DNA from: Abditibacteriaceae bacterium
GTDB lineage: Bacteria; Armatimonadota; Abditibacteriia; Abditibacteriales; Abditibacteriaceae
Assembly: GCA_965277285.1 (NCBI GenBank)
Contig: OZ255721.1
Coordinates: forward strand, 2,816,001-2,880,000
Length of the DNA stretch: 64,000 bases
Direction of reading: 5' to 3'
Positions 53,667-64,000 of the stretch are shown here, in pieces. A model generated the notes under the pieces. It made no database searches. It saw only the letters and a program-made list of their open reading frames with translations, and was not told where the DNA came from. Position 1 is the first letter of the stretch. Every line of letters starts with the position of its first letter. A program made the position numbers and the translations under genes.

Positions 53667-54523
53667 GAGGGTGTATAGGAAAGGGTTAGACTTACATTTA
53701 TGAAACGCCAGAGCTATCCCAGTGATTTGAGCGAGGCACAATGGCAAGTGCTGCGCCCTTTGATCGAGCCACAGCGTGCGCGCGGTACGCGCAGGCTTTA
53801 CGCCCAACGCGAGATCGTCAACGCTTTGTTGTATCAGTTGACCAACGGCTGCTCGTGGCGTGCTTTGCCTCACGATTTTCCGCCTTACACTGTGGTTTGG
53901 TATCACTTCCGGCGCTGGCGTGACAACGGCACTCTCGAAGGTATCCACAGTTCGTTGCGTTCTCAAGTGCGCCAGGCCGATGGACGGGATGAGGCGCCCA
54001 GCGCAGCGATTCTGGACAGCCAGAGCGTCAAAACCACAGAAAAAGGGGGCCAAAAGGCTTTGATGCAGCCAAGAAAATAAAAGGGCGCAAGCGTCATATT
54101 CTGGTGGATACCAACGGCTTGTTGTTGCAAGTGTGTGTTCATGCTGCCAACGTTCAAGAGCGTGACGGAGCCAAATTACTTTTGCAAGACAAAGCCCTGT
54201 GGCGCTTTCCTTCACAACGTTTGCAGTTGATTTGGGCGGATGCAGGCTACTGGGGACACAAGTTCGCGGCTTGGGTGCGAGAAAACTGTGGCGTTGCGCT
54301 CCGAGTGATAAGCCGCAATGCCCTGGTGAACCGTCAATATGAAAACAAAGGCTACGTGCCGTTGCCGCGTCGCTGGGTTGTCGAAAGAACTTTTGCATGG
54401 TTGGGAAGATGTCGAAGGCTTTCAAAAGACTATGAGCAAAATGTCAAATCAAGTGAAACCTGGATTTATCTCGCCATGATCCGGCTTATGCTCCGAAGGC
54501 TTGCGTGATTCCTATACACCCTC
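53667..54523 (+). mobile_element. IS5 family, IS1031-like insertion sequence (857 bp)
   Basis: Perfect 15-bp terminal IRs GAGGGTGTATAGGAA / TTCCTATACACCCTC; TCA duplicated at 53664-53666 and 54524-54526. Confidence 0.93.
53700..54508 (+). CDS. IS5-family DDE transposase in two frames joined by a -1 shift
   Basis: [29 protein letters not shown], then [35 protein letters not shown]5G5 at 54040-54049. Confidence 0.9.
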
Positions 54524-54647
54524 TCAGAATGAAGCGCCAAGGTTTTCGCGTCACAATGGAGAACGATGACTAACAAAACTATAAATAGCAAAAGGATTTT
54601 CCGCCTGCATTTCTTTTAGCTCCCCACTTTGGAGCAGGAGAAATGTC

Positions 54648-54935
54648 ATGAGTCGTTCGTTTCGTCGTATTGCGAAGGGCGGATTCTGCGCTGATAGCGA
54701 GAAGAAGGAAAAAAGAGGCTGGCATCAGAAAATGCGTGCACGTTGCCATCAGGTCGTATACCACGCGTTGTTCCACGACGCAGAAGACGCTTTGATGCCG
54801 CTCGACAATGAAGTCAGCGATGTTTGGGGAATGAACAAAGACGGCAAGTACTGTTTTCTCGATGACTGGTCATACAAACCATTTTGCAGATCGCTCCCAA
54901 ACCTTCGCGGCGTACGACGTGAAATGCGCAAATGA
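54648..54935 (+). CDS. Small basic hypothetical protein
   Basis: AGGAG RBS; MSRSFRR...SEKKEK..WH...DVWGMNKDGK; followed by a hairpin. Confidence 0.65.
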   Translation: MSRSFRRIAKGGFCADSEKKEKRGWHQKMRARCHQVVYHALFHDAEDALMPLDNEVSDVWGMNKDGKYCFLDDWSYKPFCRSLPNLRGVRREMRK

Positions 54936-54979
54936 GAAAGGGCGCGTATTGAGTACTTGATACGCGCCCTCTAGCTGTA

Positions 54980-55067
54980 AAAGAACCCCGAGCGTAAGCG
55001 ACGGGTGTTGCGTGAGAATTACATTGAATTCTTACGCAACACCCGTCACTCACGCTCGGGGTTCTTT
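54980..55067. repeat. REP-like inverted repeat, family A
   Basis: Near-perfect arms of about 40 bp between convergent genes. Confidence 0.85.
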
Positions 55068-55092
55068 CCGTTTATGTCTCTGAGTGCTCGGT

Positions 55093-58000
55093 TTACGACT
55101 TCAACTTCACCAGCAAATCTTTGCTTTCCACCGTATCGCCGACCGCGACTAAAACGTCTTCGACGATGCCGTCGTTGGGCGCGTTGATCGTTGTATACAT
55201 CTTCATCGCTTCCAAGGTGAGCAACTTGTCGCCTTTGGAGACTTTCGCGCCGACGTTGCACGTCAAACTGGTAATCATGCCAGGAATTGGCGCGCCGATT
55301 TGGTTGGCGTCTTTGCCGTCGGCTTTGGCGCGCGCCACTTTTTCGGCTTTGACGCTGCGGTCTTGAATGGTCGTCTGGCGCGCCATGCCGTTCAATTCAA
55401 AATTAACGGCGCGAAAGCCTTCTTTATTGACATCGCCGACGTTGATCAGTTTGATAATCAAGGTTTTGCCGGCTTCGATTTCGACGTTGATTTCTTCGTC
55501 CGGCTGCAAGCCATAAAAATACGCGCTCGTCGGCAACACCGAAACGTCGCCGTATTCGCCGACGAACTTTTCATATTCCTCGAAGACTTGCGGATACATC
55601 AGATAAGAATAGAGATCGTCTTCGTCGGTTTCGCGCTCCAGCTTGGCAGATAATTCGGTTCGAGTACTCGAAAGGTCGAGCGGCGGCAAATCTTCGCCAG
55701 GACGATTGGTAATCGGCGTTTTATCGCCCAGCACAACGTGCTGCAGTTGCTGCGGCCAGCCGCCAAGCGGTTGGCCCAGATTGCCCATCAACATATCGAT
55801 CACCGATTCGGGAAATGGCGTCGCGCCCGGTTCAAGGTTCAAAATGTCGTTGGGCTTGATACCGCGCGTGATGCAGAACATCGCCAGATCGCCGACGACT
55901 TTTGAACTGGGCGTCACTTTCACGATGTCGCCGAAAAGTTGATTCACTTCGGCGTAAGTGCGCGCGATTTCCGGCCAGCGATGCGCCAAACCCATGCTCG
56001 CCGCCTGCTCTTTCAAGTTGGTGAACTGTCCGCCCGGCATTTCGTGCAAATACACTTCGGCGGTTCCGTTGGGCGGCGCCGTATCGAACGGCTTGTAGAA
56101 GGTTTTGACAGATTCCCAGTAATCAGAAAACTCGTCCAAGGTGCGCAAATCGAGATTGGTATCGCGCGGCGTGTGTTGCAAAGCCGCGACTACGCTGTTC
56201 AAGTTCGGCTGACTGGTCGAGCCGCTCATCGAAGCCAGCGCGAGGTCAACAACATCGACGCCCGCATCGGATGCCTGCAAAACGCTGGCAGCGTTCAAAC
56301 CGCTGGTATCGTGAGTGTGAAAATGAATCGGCAGCCCGATTTCCTGCTTCAGGGTTTCGACCAGTTTGTGCGCCGCATACGGACGACAAAGTCCGGCCAT
56401 GTCTTTGATGGCCAAAATATGCGCGCCCATTCGCTCCAGTTCTTTGGCCAATTCGACGTAATATTTCAGCGTGTATTTGTCGCGTTTCGGGTCGAGAATG
56501 TCGCCGGTGTAGCAAATCGCGGCTTCGCAAATGGCGTGCGTTTCCTGCACCGCATCCATGGCGACTTTCAAGTTTGGCACGTAATTCAAGCTGTCGAAAA
56601 TGCGGAAAATATCGATGCCGCGCGCGGCGGAATGCTTCACGAAACCACTCACCACGTTGTCGGGATAATTGGAATATCCGACGGCATTGCTGCCGCGAAA
56701 CAGCATTTGAAAACAAATGTTGGGAATGCGTTCGCGCAAAAGTTCCAGTCGTTCCCAAGGGTCTTCGCGCAGGAAGCGCATGGCGCTGTCAAAGGTCGCG
56801 CCGCCCCACATTTCCAGGCTGAACAAATCCGGCGTGCGTTGCGCAATCGCGTCCGCAATTAGCAACATATCGTAGGTGCGAACGCGCGTCGCCAGCAGAC
56901 TTTGATGCGCGTCGCGCAACGTCGTGTCGGTCACCAAAAGACGCGTTTGTTGGCGCGTCCAATCGGCGAAACCTTTGGCGCCCAATTTCAATAGCAAATC
57001 GCGCGTGCCTTCGGGCTTATTTTCCGACGTTCGAGTACTCGATGCGCCCGATTTCGGAACCGGCGCGGTCGCAAAGGTCGTGTGCGGCTTGAAACCTTTG
57101 GAGTTAGGATTTCCATTAACAACGGTTTCGCCCAGAAAATTGAGCAACTTCGTCGCGCGATCTTGGCGCGGCGCGAACTCGAACAGTTCAGGCGTGGTGT
57201 CAATTAATGTCGTGGTCGCATCACCGCGCCGGAATTGATCGTTGGCGACGACGTTTTCGATAAACGGAATGTTGGTTTTGACGCCGCGAATACGAAACTC
57301 GCGCAAGGCTCTGTCCATACGGTCGAGCGCCATCGGAAAAGTCTGCGCGCTGGCCGTGACTTTCACCAACAGCGAATCGTAAAACGGCGTCACGACGAAC
57401 CCCGCGCCCGCCATGCCGCCATCCAACCTGATGCCAAAACCGCCAGCCGAACGATACGCCAGAATCTTGCCGTAATCGGGCGTGAAACCGTTTTCCGGGT
57501 CTTCGGTCGTGATGCGCGCCTGCACCGCGTAACCGTTGCGCGCAATCGCATTTTGCTGCGGAATATCAATCGGTTCGCCGTGAAGTTCGTATCCTTGCGC
57601 GACCAGAATTTGCGCGCGTACCAGGTCGATTCCCGTAATGACTTCGGTCACGGTATGTTCGACTTGAATGCGCGGGTTCATCTCGATGAAGAACCATTCG
57701 TCGCGGTCGACATCGAGCAAAAACTCGACGGTTCCGGCGTTGTCGTAGCCGATTTCGCGCGCCAGATTTGCCGCCGCGTTGCACAATTCTTCGCGCGTTC
57801 GCGTACTCAAATTGACGCTGGGCGCGATTTCCACAACTTTCTGGTGGCGCCGTTGAACGCTGCAATCGCGTTCGTGCAAATGCACAACGTTGTTGTGACT
57901 GTCGCCCATAATCTGCACTTCGATGTGCTTGGCGCGCGGAATGTATTTTTCGAGAAACACCGAATCATCGCCAAAAGCGCGACCCGCTTCCTGTTGCGCT

Positions 58001-58560
58001 TCATCCAAAAGCGCTTCCAAATCTTCTTCTTTCAAGACGACGCGCATGCCTCTTCCGCCTCCGCCCGCCGCGGCTTTGATAATCAGCGGAAAACCGATGG
58101 TGCGCGCGGTTTCGAGTACTCGATCTCGGTTGCGAATCGGATCGGGCGTGCCAGGCAGCGTCGGAATGTTGAGCTTTTGCGTGACGTTGCGCGCGGCGAT
58201 TTTATCGCCCATCAGTTCGAGCAATTCGGCGCGCGGCCCGATGAACTTGATTCCGGCTTCGTCGCAGGCGCGCGCAAAACGGGCGTTTTCAGAAAGAAAA
58301 CCGTAGCCCGGATGAATGGCGTCGATTTCTTTTTCACGCGCCAGCGCGATGATGCCGTCGATGTCGAGATAAGCGCCGACTGGCCCTTTGCCTTCGCCGA
58401 TGAGATACGCTTCGTCGGCTTTGAAGCGGTGCATGGCGAAGCGATCTTCCTGCGCGTAAATGGCGACAGTACGCAAGCCAAGTTCAGTGGCGGCGCGAAA
58501 CACGCGAATGGCGATTTCGCTGCGGTTGGCGACCAGAAGTTTCTTGAATGGACGAATCAA
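55093..58560 (-). CDS. pyc: Pyruvate carboxylase
   Basis: LLVANRSEIA, HPGYGFLSEN, RDAHQSLLATR, IKDMAG, EAMKM biotin motif; TTG start after AAAGGA. Confidence 0.97.
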   Translation of the reverse strand: MIRPFKKLLVANRSEIAIRVFRAATELGLRTVAIYAQEDRFAMHRFKADEAYLIGEGKGPVGAYLDIDGIIALAREKEIDAIHPGYGFLSENARFARACDEAGIKFIGPRAELLELMGDKIAARNVTQKLNIPTLPGTPDPIRNRDRVLETARTIGFPLIIKAAAGGGGRGMRVVLKEEDLEALLDEAQQEAGRAFGDDSVFLEKYIPRAKHIEVQIMGDSHNNVVHLHERDCSVQRRHQKVVEIAPSVNLSTRTREELCNAAANLAREIGYDNAGTVEFLLDVDRDEWFFIEMNPRIQVEHTVTEVITGIDLVRAQILVAQGYELHGEPIDIPQQNAIARNGYAVQARITTEDPENGFTPDYGKILAYRSAGGFGIRLDGGMAGAGFVVTPFYDSLLVKVTASAQTFPMALDRMDRALREFRIRGVKTNIPFIENVVANDQFRRGDATTTLIDTTPELFEFAPRQDRATKLLNFLGETVVNGNPNSKGFKPHTTFATAPVPKSGASSTRTSENKPEGTRDLLLKLGAKGFADWTRQQTRLLVTDTTLRDAHQSLLATRVRTYDMLLIADAIAQRTPDLFSLEMWGGATFDSAMRFLREDPWERLELLRERIPNICFQMLFRGSNAVGYSNYPDNVVSGFVKHSAARGIDIFRIFDSLNYVPNLKVAMDAVQETHAICEAAICYTGDILDPKRDKYTLKYYVELAKELERMGAHILAIKDMAGLCRPYAAHKLVETLKQEIGLPIHFHTHDTSGLNAASVLQASDAGVDVVDLALASMSGSTSQPNLNSVVAALQHTPRDTNLDLRTLDEFSDYWESVKTFYKPFDTAPPNGTAEVYLHEMPGGQFTNLKEQAASMGLAHRWPEIARTYAEVNQLFGDIVKVTPSSKVVGDLAMFCITRGIKPNDILNLEPGATPFPESVIDMLMGNLGQPLGGWPQQLQHVVLGDKTPITNRPGEDLPPLDLSSTRTELSAKLERETDEDDLYSYLMYPQVFEEYEKFVGEYGDVSVLPTSAYFYGLQPDEEINVEIEAGKTLIIKLINVGDVNKEGFRAVNFELNGMARQTTIQDRSVKAEKVARAKADGKDANQIGAPIPGMITSLTCNVGAKVSKGDKLLTLEAMKMYTTINAPNDGIVEDVLVAVGDTVESKDLLVKLKS

Positions 58561-58740
58561 AATCGTGTCCTTTGTGGATAAAAACGGTGGTTTTATTTTA
58601 GCGCGCCACGAAATCTCCTGCCGCAAAATGATTAATCACCAAAATATAAAGAGCACCAAGAGACTGTAAAGATCGAGTACTCGAAACGCACAAAAGCGCC
58701 GCAAGATTGGTTTCTCGCGGCGCTTTTGCGCTTGTTCGTT

Positions 58741-60150
58741 TTATCGTCCGTAGTTGTCTTCGGTGCGCACAATGTCGTCCTCGCCCAGATAAGCGCCCGA
58801 TTGCACTTCGATGAAATGCAAGGGAATCTTGCCCGGATTGTGGATGCGATGCGTCACGCCGCAGGGCACGTAAATCGATTCGTTTTCCGTCACAATCGTT
58901 TTATTGCCTTCGACCGTAACTTCCGCCGTGCCGCTGACGACGATCCAATGTTCCGAACGATGATGGTGCATTTGCATCGAAGTTTTCTGGCCTGGCTTCA
59001 CGATCAAACGCTTGACCTGGAAACGCTCGCCGGTTTCGATGCCTTCATAACTGCCCCACGGACGGAACACCTTGCGATGCGTTTCGTGTTCGGTGCGGCC
59101 TTCGCTGTTGAGCCACTGAACGATTTTCTTCACGTTTTGCGAATGCAGGCGATGTGTCACCAGCAAAGCATCGGCGGTTTCAACGATAACCAGATCATCG
59201 ACGCCGACGACCGCGACCAAACGCCTTTCGGCATGAACGTAACAATTGCGCGCGTCATGCAAAAACACTTCGCCACGCGCCGCATTGCCCGCAGCATCTT
59301 TGGGCTGCATTTCCCACAAAGCCGACCATGAACCCAGATCGCTCCAACCGATGTCGGACGGAATGACGACGGCTTTGTCGGTTTTTTCCATCACGGCGAC
59401 ATCGACGGAAAGCGCTGGCGATGACTGAAAGGCAACTTCTTCCAGGCGGCAGAAATCGAGATCTTGATAAGCGCCATCGACCGCCAATCGAGTACTCGAA
59501 ACGATTTCGGGATGATATTTTTCGAGTTCGTCCAGAAAAGCCTGCGCGCGAAACAAGAACATTCCGCTGTTCCACGAGTAATCGCCGGACGCCACATAAC
59601 TTTCCGCGGTTTTTTCGTCCGGTTTTTCGACAAAGCGCGAAACGCGAAACGCGCTGGCGTCATCGAGCAGAACTTCGCCGCGCTGAATGTAGCCGTAGCC
59701 AGTTTCCGCGCGATGCGGAACAATGCCGAACGTCACCAGAAAACCGTCCTGCGCCGCTTTTTCCGCATGACGAACGCAATTATGAAATGCGGCAACGTCC
59801 GTAATAACGTGGTCGGATGGCAACACCAGCATCAGCGCGTCCGGGTTTTTTTGCACCAGGTTCAAAGCGGCGGCGGCAATCGCGGGAGCTGTGTTGCGCG
59901 CCACAGGTTCGAGCATCAAGGCTTCGGGCTTCACGCCGACCGCTTGCACTTGCTCAGCGACCAGAAAACGATGCTCTTGATTGCATACGAAGACCGGCGG
60001 CGCCAAATCCAGACCGTCCAAGCGCAGCAAGGTGTCTTGCAAAAGGCTGTACTGCGAAGCCAGCGGCAAAAACTGTTTGGGCATCGATTGGCGCGACAAA
60101 GGCCACAAACGCGTGCCCGAACCGCCCACTAAAATAACGGGATGAAGCAT
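58741..60150 (-). CDS. manC: Mannose-1-phosphate guanylyltransferase / mannose-6-phosphate isomerase
   Basis: GGSGTRLWPLSR, RNTAPAI, FVEKP, WSDLGSW, RPWG, HHHRSEHW. Confidence 0.96.
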   Translation of the reverse strand: MLHPVILVGGSGTRLWPLSRQSMPKQFLPLASQYSLLQDTLLRLDGLDLAPPVFVCNQEHRFLVAEQVQAVGVKPEALMLEPVARNTAPAIAAAALNLVQKNPDALMLVLPSDHVITDVAAFHNCVRHAEKAAQDGFLVTFGIVPHRAETGYGYIQRGEVLLDDASAFRVSRFVEKPDEKTAESYVASGDYSWNSGMFLFRAQAFLDELEKYHPEIVSSTRLAVDGAYQDLDFCRLEEVAFQSSPALSVDVAVMEKTDKAVVIPSDIGWSDLGSWSALWEMQPKDAAGNAARGEVFLHDARNCYVHAERRLVAVVGVDDLVIVETADALLVTHRLHSQNVKKIVQWLNSEGRTEHETHRKVFRPWGSYEGIETGERFQVKRLIVKPGQKTSMQMHHHRSEHWIVVSGTAEVTVEGNKTIVTENESIYVPCGVTHRIHNPGKIPLHFIEVQSGAYLGEDDIVRTEDNYGR

Positions 60151-60545
60151 TGATATCTCCGAATTAACTGAAATGATGAAACAAAAAACATACGACAATC
60201 GCCGCAACGCTGAATCGAGTACTCGAACGCAACACGTCAAAATCGTTGCAACTCGGGAACACATTGCAAGCATCAAAGCAAGCATCAAACAACAAGAACG
60301 GCGGCAAGAAAAACGTTTCGCGTCATGAAGAAAAGGCAATTGCTGGCGGACGACAATCATTAAGTCCAGACAAGACCCTTTCTTGCGGCGTCAGTTTAGC
60401 TAATGCGAGAGTTGCGAACGACTTCTGACGTTATTCCGACGTTATCAAATATCAAATGACGCTTCTGGGCGCGGCCAAAACTCAACTCGTTGCTTCTCGC
60501 CTTAATTTGATACAATCAGGTGGAATTATGGGAGAGCGACTTGTT

Positions 60546-61301
60546 ATGCCTTCAGTTACTTTTGAAACAAAATGCTGGGAAAACGATTGGGAATTTTTAT
60601 TAAAAACCAACCGTCTCTCGTTGATGGCGCAGCGCAACAATTTTGAATTCGCCAACAAAACTCTTTTTATCAACAATGTCAACGATTATAAAAAGGTTGC
60701 TGGCTACGCCCAAAAGCTGAAAGATAAAGGCATTTTGACAGACTTTCACATGGTTCGAGATTACGAAGACGAAGCGCTGAAATTTTTTCAGTTATCAAAA
60801 GAAATCCTGGGAAAAGGATATGTGTACTCGATAGCCGAATTGGTCAGCCTTTACCTTTGCCAGACGGATTTTCTGCTCCATTTTTCCGGCGACGCAATGC
60901 CGGCGCAAAGCACAAACTGGATAGAAAAAGTCTTCGAGAAATTCGATAAAAATCCTCAATTCAAGGTCGCCAACCTGACGTGGGATCATAAGTATGAAGA
61001 AGCCCGGTCGGAATCCCTCAGCGAAGACGACGATTTCTTTTCTGGATACGGCTTCTCAGACCAAATGTATCTGGTGCGCACCTCCGATTTCAAAGCGCCC
61101 ATTTATAACGAAGCACATCCAGATTCCGAGCGCTACCCGCAATATGGCGGAGAACTCTTTGAAAAGCGCGTGGACAGTTGGATGCGCAACCACGAATACC
61201 AACGCCTTACCTATAAGCACGGCTCATACTTGCACAAGAACTTCCCTCATCATCCACTAAAGCGAAAAGCCCGCTTGTTCCTTGACAAATACGCGAAGTA
61301 A
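60546..61301 (+). CDS. Hypothetical protein, possibly GT-A fold, AT-rich
   Basis: Long ORF with low GC inside a polysaccharide locus; LLHFSGDA, GFSDQ. Confidence 0.6.
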   Translation: MPSVTFETKCWENDWEFLLKTNRLSLMAQRNNFEFANKTLFINNVNDYKKVAGYAQKLKDKGILTDFHMVRDYEDEALKFFQLSKEILGKGYVYSIAELVSLYLCQTDFLLHFSGDAMPAQSTNWIEKVFEKFDKNPQFKVANLTWDHKYEEARSESLSEDDDFFSGYGFSDQMYLVRTSDFKAPIYNEAHPDSERYPQYGGELFEKRVDSWMRNHEYQRLTYKHGSYLHKNFPHHPLKRKARLFLDKYAK

Positions 61302-61436
61302 CTTGTTGTTGTAAGACCTCGATTTCAATCGAGTACTCGATGTCTTGTCCACGCTGCTCCAAATGACTAATTTGTCACTTGAGCAGTGATTCATTTATGA
61401 GACATCTTGAATTTGGGGTTGTGCCACGCGGTCATA

Positions 61437-62423
61437 TCAGTGAGGTCGCGCACCATAACGGCGCAGCAAGTGATCTCGAGCGGCGCGGCACGCAACTTTT
61501 AAGCCTTTCCAGGCGTGCGGGTTTTTATGCGCGATCATTCTGGCACGTTCGCGCAGTTGGCGACCAAGAACGCAAAGCGTCGCGCTCCACGCCCAACGTC
61601 CGCTGTGCAAACGCACCAGCAAAAGGTTGTTGCGAAACGAATAGTAAAGCCCAGTCGCCGACCCGGAAGCCTGAGCTTGTTCAAAAGCGCGCCCAACTTT
61701 GTGAAAAACACGCGCCGACGGCACCAAACCGATTTTGAAACCGGCGCGCCGCACGCGCAAACTCAAATCCACATCTTCCCAGTTCAAGAAATACCGGTCG
61801 TCGAAGCCACGCAAGCGGCGCAGCACGTCCGCCGGAAAAAACATGGTGCAACCCGAAGCCCACGCCGTTTCTCGAATGCCTTCATCGCGTTGCAGCGGAT
61901 GCGCATTATCATGCACGGCGATACCACGTTTCATGTCCAGACGTGATCCGCAAAACCAGGCTTCCGCAGGACGGTCGTAATAGTTGACGACCGGCGTCAA
62001 TAAACCAAACGAAGGATTTTCTTGCGCGCTTTTCACCAGTTCGTTGATCGCCTGCGGTTCGATTGTCGTGTCGTTGTTCAACAGGAAAATGAAATTTGCG
62101 TCGCTTTTCAAAGCGCACTTAATGCCAACGTTGTTGCCGCCAGTAAAACCTAAGTTGGCTTTTGTCTCGATCAGTTCCACAGCGGGAAAGGCGTTACGAA
62201 TGCAGGTAGCGGAGTCATCGTGCGAACCGTTATCCACAACAATTATCTGCACATTCGAGTACTCGATTGCAGACAGCGAAGCCAGGCACTCCAGAGTGTC
62301 AGCTTTACCATTCCAATTGACCAGAATGACAGCGACGCGGGGAACGTTTTGCAGAACGTTTTTGTTAGGTGAGACAGGCACATTAGGGTGAGCAGCGATC
62401 ATAAAAAAGGGCGCGATGACCAA
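61437..62423 (-). CDS. GT2 family glycosyltransferase (WbbL-like)
   Basis: VNWNG, VVDNGS, NLGFTGGNN, LLNNDT, EDVDLS. Confidence 0.92.
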   Translation of the reverse strand: MVIAPFFMIAAHPNVPVSPNKNVLQNVPRVAVILVNWNGKADTLECLASLSAIEYSNVQIIVVDNGSHDDSATCIRNAFPAVELIETKANLGFTGGNNVGIKCALKSDANFIFLLNNDTTIEPQAINELVKSAQENPSFGLLTPVVNYYDRPAEAWFCGSRLDMKRGIAVHDNAHPLQRDEGIRETAWASGCTMFFPADVLRRLRGFDDRYFLNWEDVDLSLRVRRAGFKIGLVPSARVFHKVGRAFEQAQASGSATGLYYSFRNNLLLVRLHSGRWAWSATLCVLGRQLRERARMIAHKNPHAWKGLKVACRAARDHLLRRYGARPH

Positions 62424-62424
62424 T

Positions 62425-63036
62425 TTACTGAAACTTTTTCGCGTAACCTAACTTGTAGCGCAAATCGCGCGAGCGTTCGCGGATAACTTTGGCTGGCACG
62501 CCGCCGACGAGCGTATAAGGTGGCACATCTTTGGTCACAACCGCGCCGGACGCGACAACTGCGCCTTCGCCGATGCGGGTTCCTGGCAAGATCGTGGCGC
62601 GCGTGCCGATATAAGCGTAATCTTCAATCACGACTGGCCCGCCAGTTTCCGCGAAATCAGGATCGTCAATATCGTGTTCTCGCGTGTAAATACGCACTTC
62701 CGCCGCAATATTGACGCTCGAACCAATGGTGATGCCATCGCGCGCATCAAAAAACCCGTCGTTGCCGATGGTCGTATGTTCGCCTATTGTCAATCCTTCA
62801 GGATGAAAAAAACGCGTCCGCCAGTGCAAGGCGCTACTGCGCGGAAGCTTAACCCCTGCGTTGCGATAAACCGCGCGGCGCAGGCGATGCGAAGGAACAT
62901 AACCCACCAAAGTCAGAACATAAAGGCGCAAATCCGCCCAGATGTTGTTGAGCCACCAACGGCGCGCCTTGCGCAAAGGCGTAAGCCGCTTGCCCACTTC
63001 GCGCGCCGTTTCGCGCCATGACAATCGAGTACTCAT
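62425..63036 (-). CDS. Hexapeptide-repeat (LbH) O-acyltransferase
   Basis: [32 protein letters not shown]. Confidence 0.9.
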   Translation of the reverse strand: MSTRLSWRETAREVGKRLTPLRKARRWWLNNIWADLRLYVLTLVGYVPSHRLRRAVYRNAGVKLPRSSALHWRTRFFHPEGLTIGEHTTIGNDGFFDARDGITIGSSVNIAAEVRIYTREHDIDDPDFAETGGPVVIEDYAYIGTRATILPGTRIGEGAVVASGAVVTKDVPPYTLVGGVPAKVIRERSRDLRYKLGYAKKFQ

Positions 63037-63055
63037 AAAAGAAGCGCCGACAAAA

Positions 63056-63940
63056 TTAACTGGTTCGACGCGCGAACTCGGCGGGAATTGACGAGGGAAG
63101 AGCGTGTAAAGGTTTCAAGGCTGGCCACAACCCGCGCGCAAATGGGTGAAAATCGCGCGTCCAACGCCAGAGGTATTTCGCTGGCAACCAACGCAAATAA
63201 TAAAACATCCACGTTTTCAACCCCTCGTTATGACCCCATGAAGCGACTTTCTGCCGAATGCTCGATGCCGGACGTCCCCATGAATTATGAATGACCGCGT
63301 CTTCAGCGCTCTCCAGCGCGATTCTGTACTCGTTCGCTGCTGCAGGACGCAGAATTTGCAAACTATCACGGTCGCCTGCGACCACAGGACGCACAAAATC
63401 GCCTTCGACAATGCGTGCGTGGCTCAGCGTCACAGAAGGTCGCACGCAAATCGAGCCTGGATATTCAAAGCGCGGCCCACCCGTACGTCCACAAACTTCC
63501 AGAAACCGCCCGTCTTTCATGGTGCGAAAAAGTACGCGCATCGGCCATTCAACAGCTGGAATGTCCATTGCCCGGGCATAATCCAAGACCTCGAGCAACG
63601 CTTGAGGGTTCGGCAGAACTTCATCGTTATCCAACTGTAGAACCCAGTCAGCACCTTCGCCCGCTTCTTGCAAAGCGTGTTGTCGCTGGTTTGTCTCGTT
63701 CTGCATCGACTCAAAGTCAGGACGCCCGTAATCACCCGGCGAAAAAATTATTTTGCTGTCCCGATCAATTGCTTTCAAGCGTTTTATGCATTCTTCAATC
63801 GGCATTTTCCCGTGTCCCGAAAAACCGCGATGCTCCTGATCGTAAGAAACTACAATCTTTTCGACCAGATCGTAGTACGACGAGACACCGGCTTCAAGCC
63901 AGCAAGGATCGGCGGCGAGAAGATAAGCATGAATCCGCAT
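63056..63940 (-). CDS. Putative glycosyltransferase (GT-A-like)
   Basis: WVLQLDNDE DxD motif; located in a polysaccharide gene cluster. Confidence 0.65.
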   Translation of the reverse strand: MRIHAYLLAADPCWLEAGVSSYYDLVEKIVVSYDQEHRGFSGHGKMPIEECIKRLKAIDRDSKIIFSPGDYGRPDFESMQNETNQRQHALQEAGEGADWVLQLDNDEVLPNPQALLEVLDYARAMDIPAVEWPMRVLFRTMKDGRFLEVCGRTGGPRFEYPGSICVRPSVTLSHARIVEGDFVRPVVAGDRDSLQILRPAAANEYRIALESAEDAVIHNSWGRPASSIRQKVASWGHNEGLKTWMFYYLRWLPAKYLWRWTRDFHPFARGLWPALKPLHALPSSIPAEFARRTS

Positions 63941-64000
63941 AATTTAAGGAGCAACCCGACTTAAGGAACAGTCCAACTTAAGAAGCAACCAGATTCGTTT

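Overview
A 64-kb stretch of core bacterial chromosome with moderately high GC. A DUF1559 prepilin-like protein, an SLH-domain porin and many secreted glycan-related proteins suggest an Armatimonadota/Abditibacteriota-like diderm; this is inference, not a database match. Housekeeping genes include gpmI, greA, sppA, polA, rpsA, rel/spoT, ruvB (with an intein), trpE, ligA, pyc and manC. The window also holds an array of six paralogous secreted beta-solenoid genes, one IS5-family (IS1031-type) element, several REP-like inverted-repeat families and glycosyltransferase genes at both ends. The main unexplained signal is a 12-bp palindrome, TCGAGTACTCGA. I counted 44 perfect copies by eye, plus about 12 one-mismatch copies, against about 0.004 expected by chance. 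They lie across the whole window, in all three reading frames of conserved genes and in or next to terminators. No rRNA, tRNA or CRISPR array was seen. Many CDS starts were re-picked from RBS context and are shorter than the ORF track.
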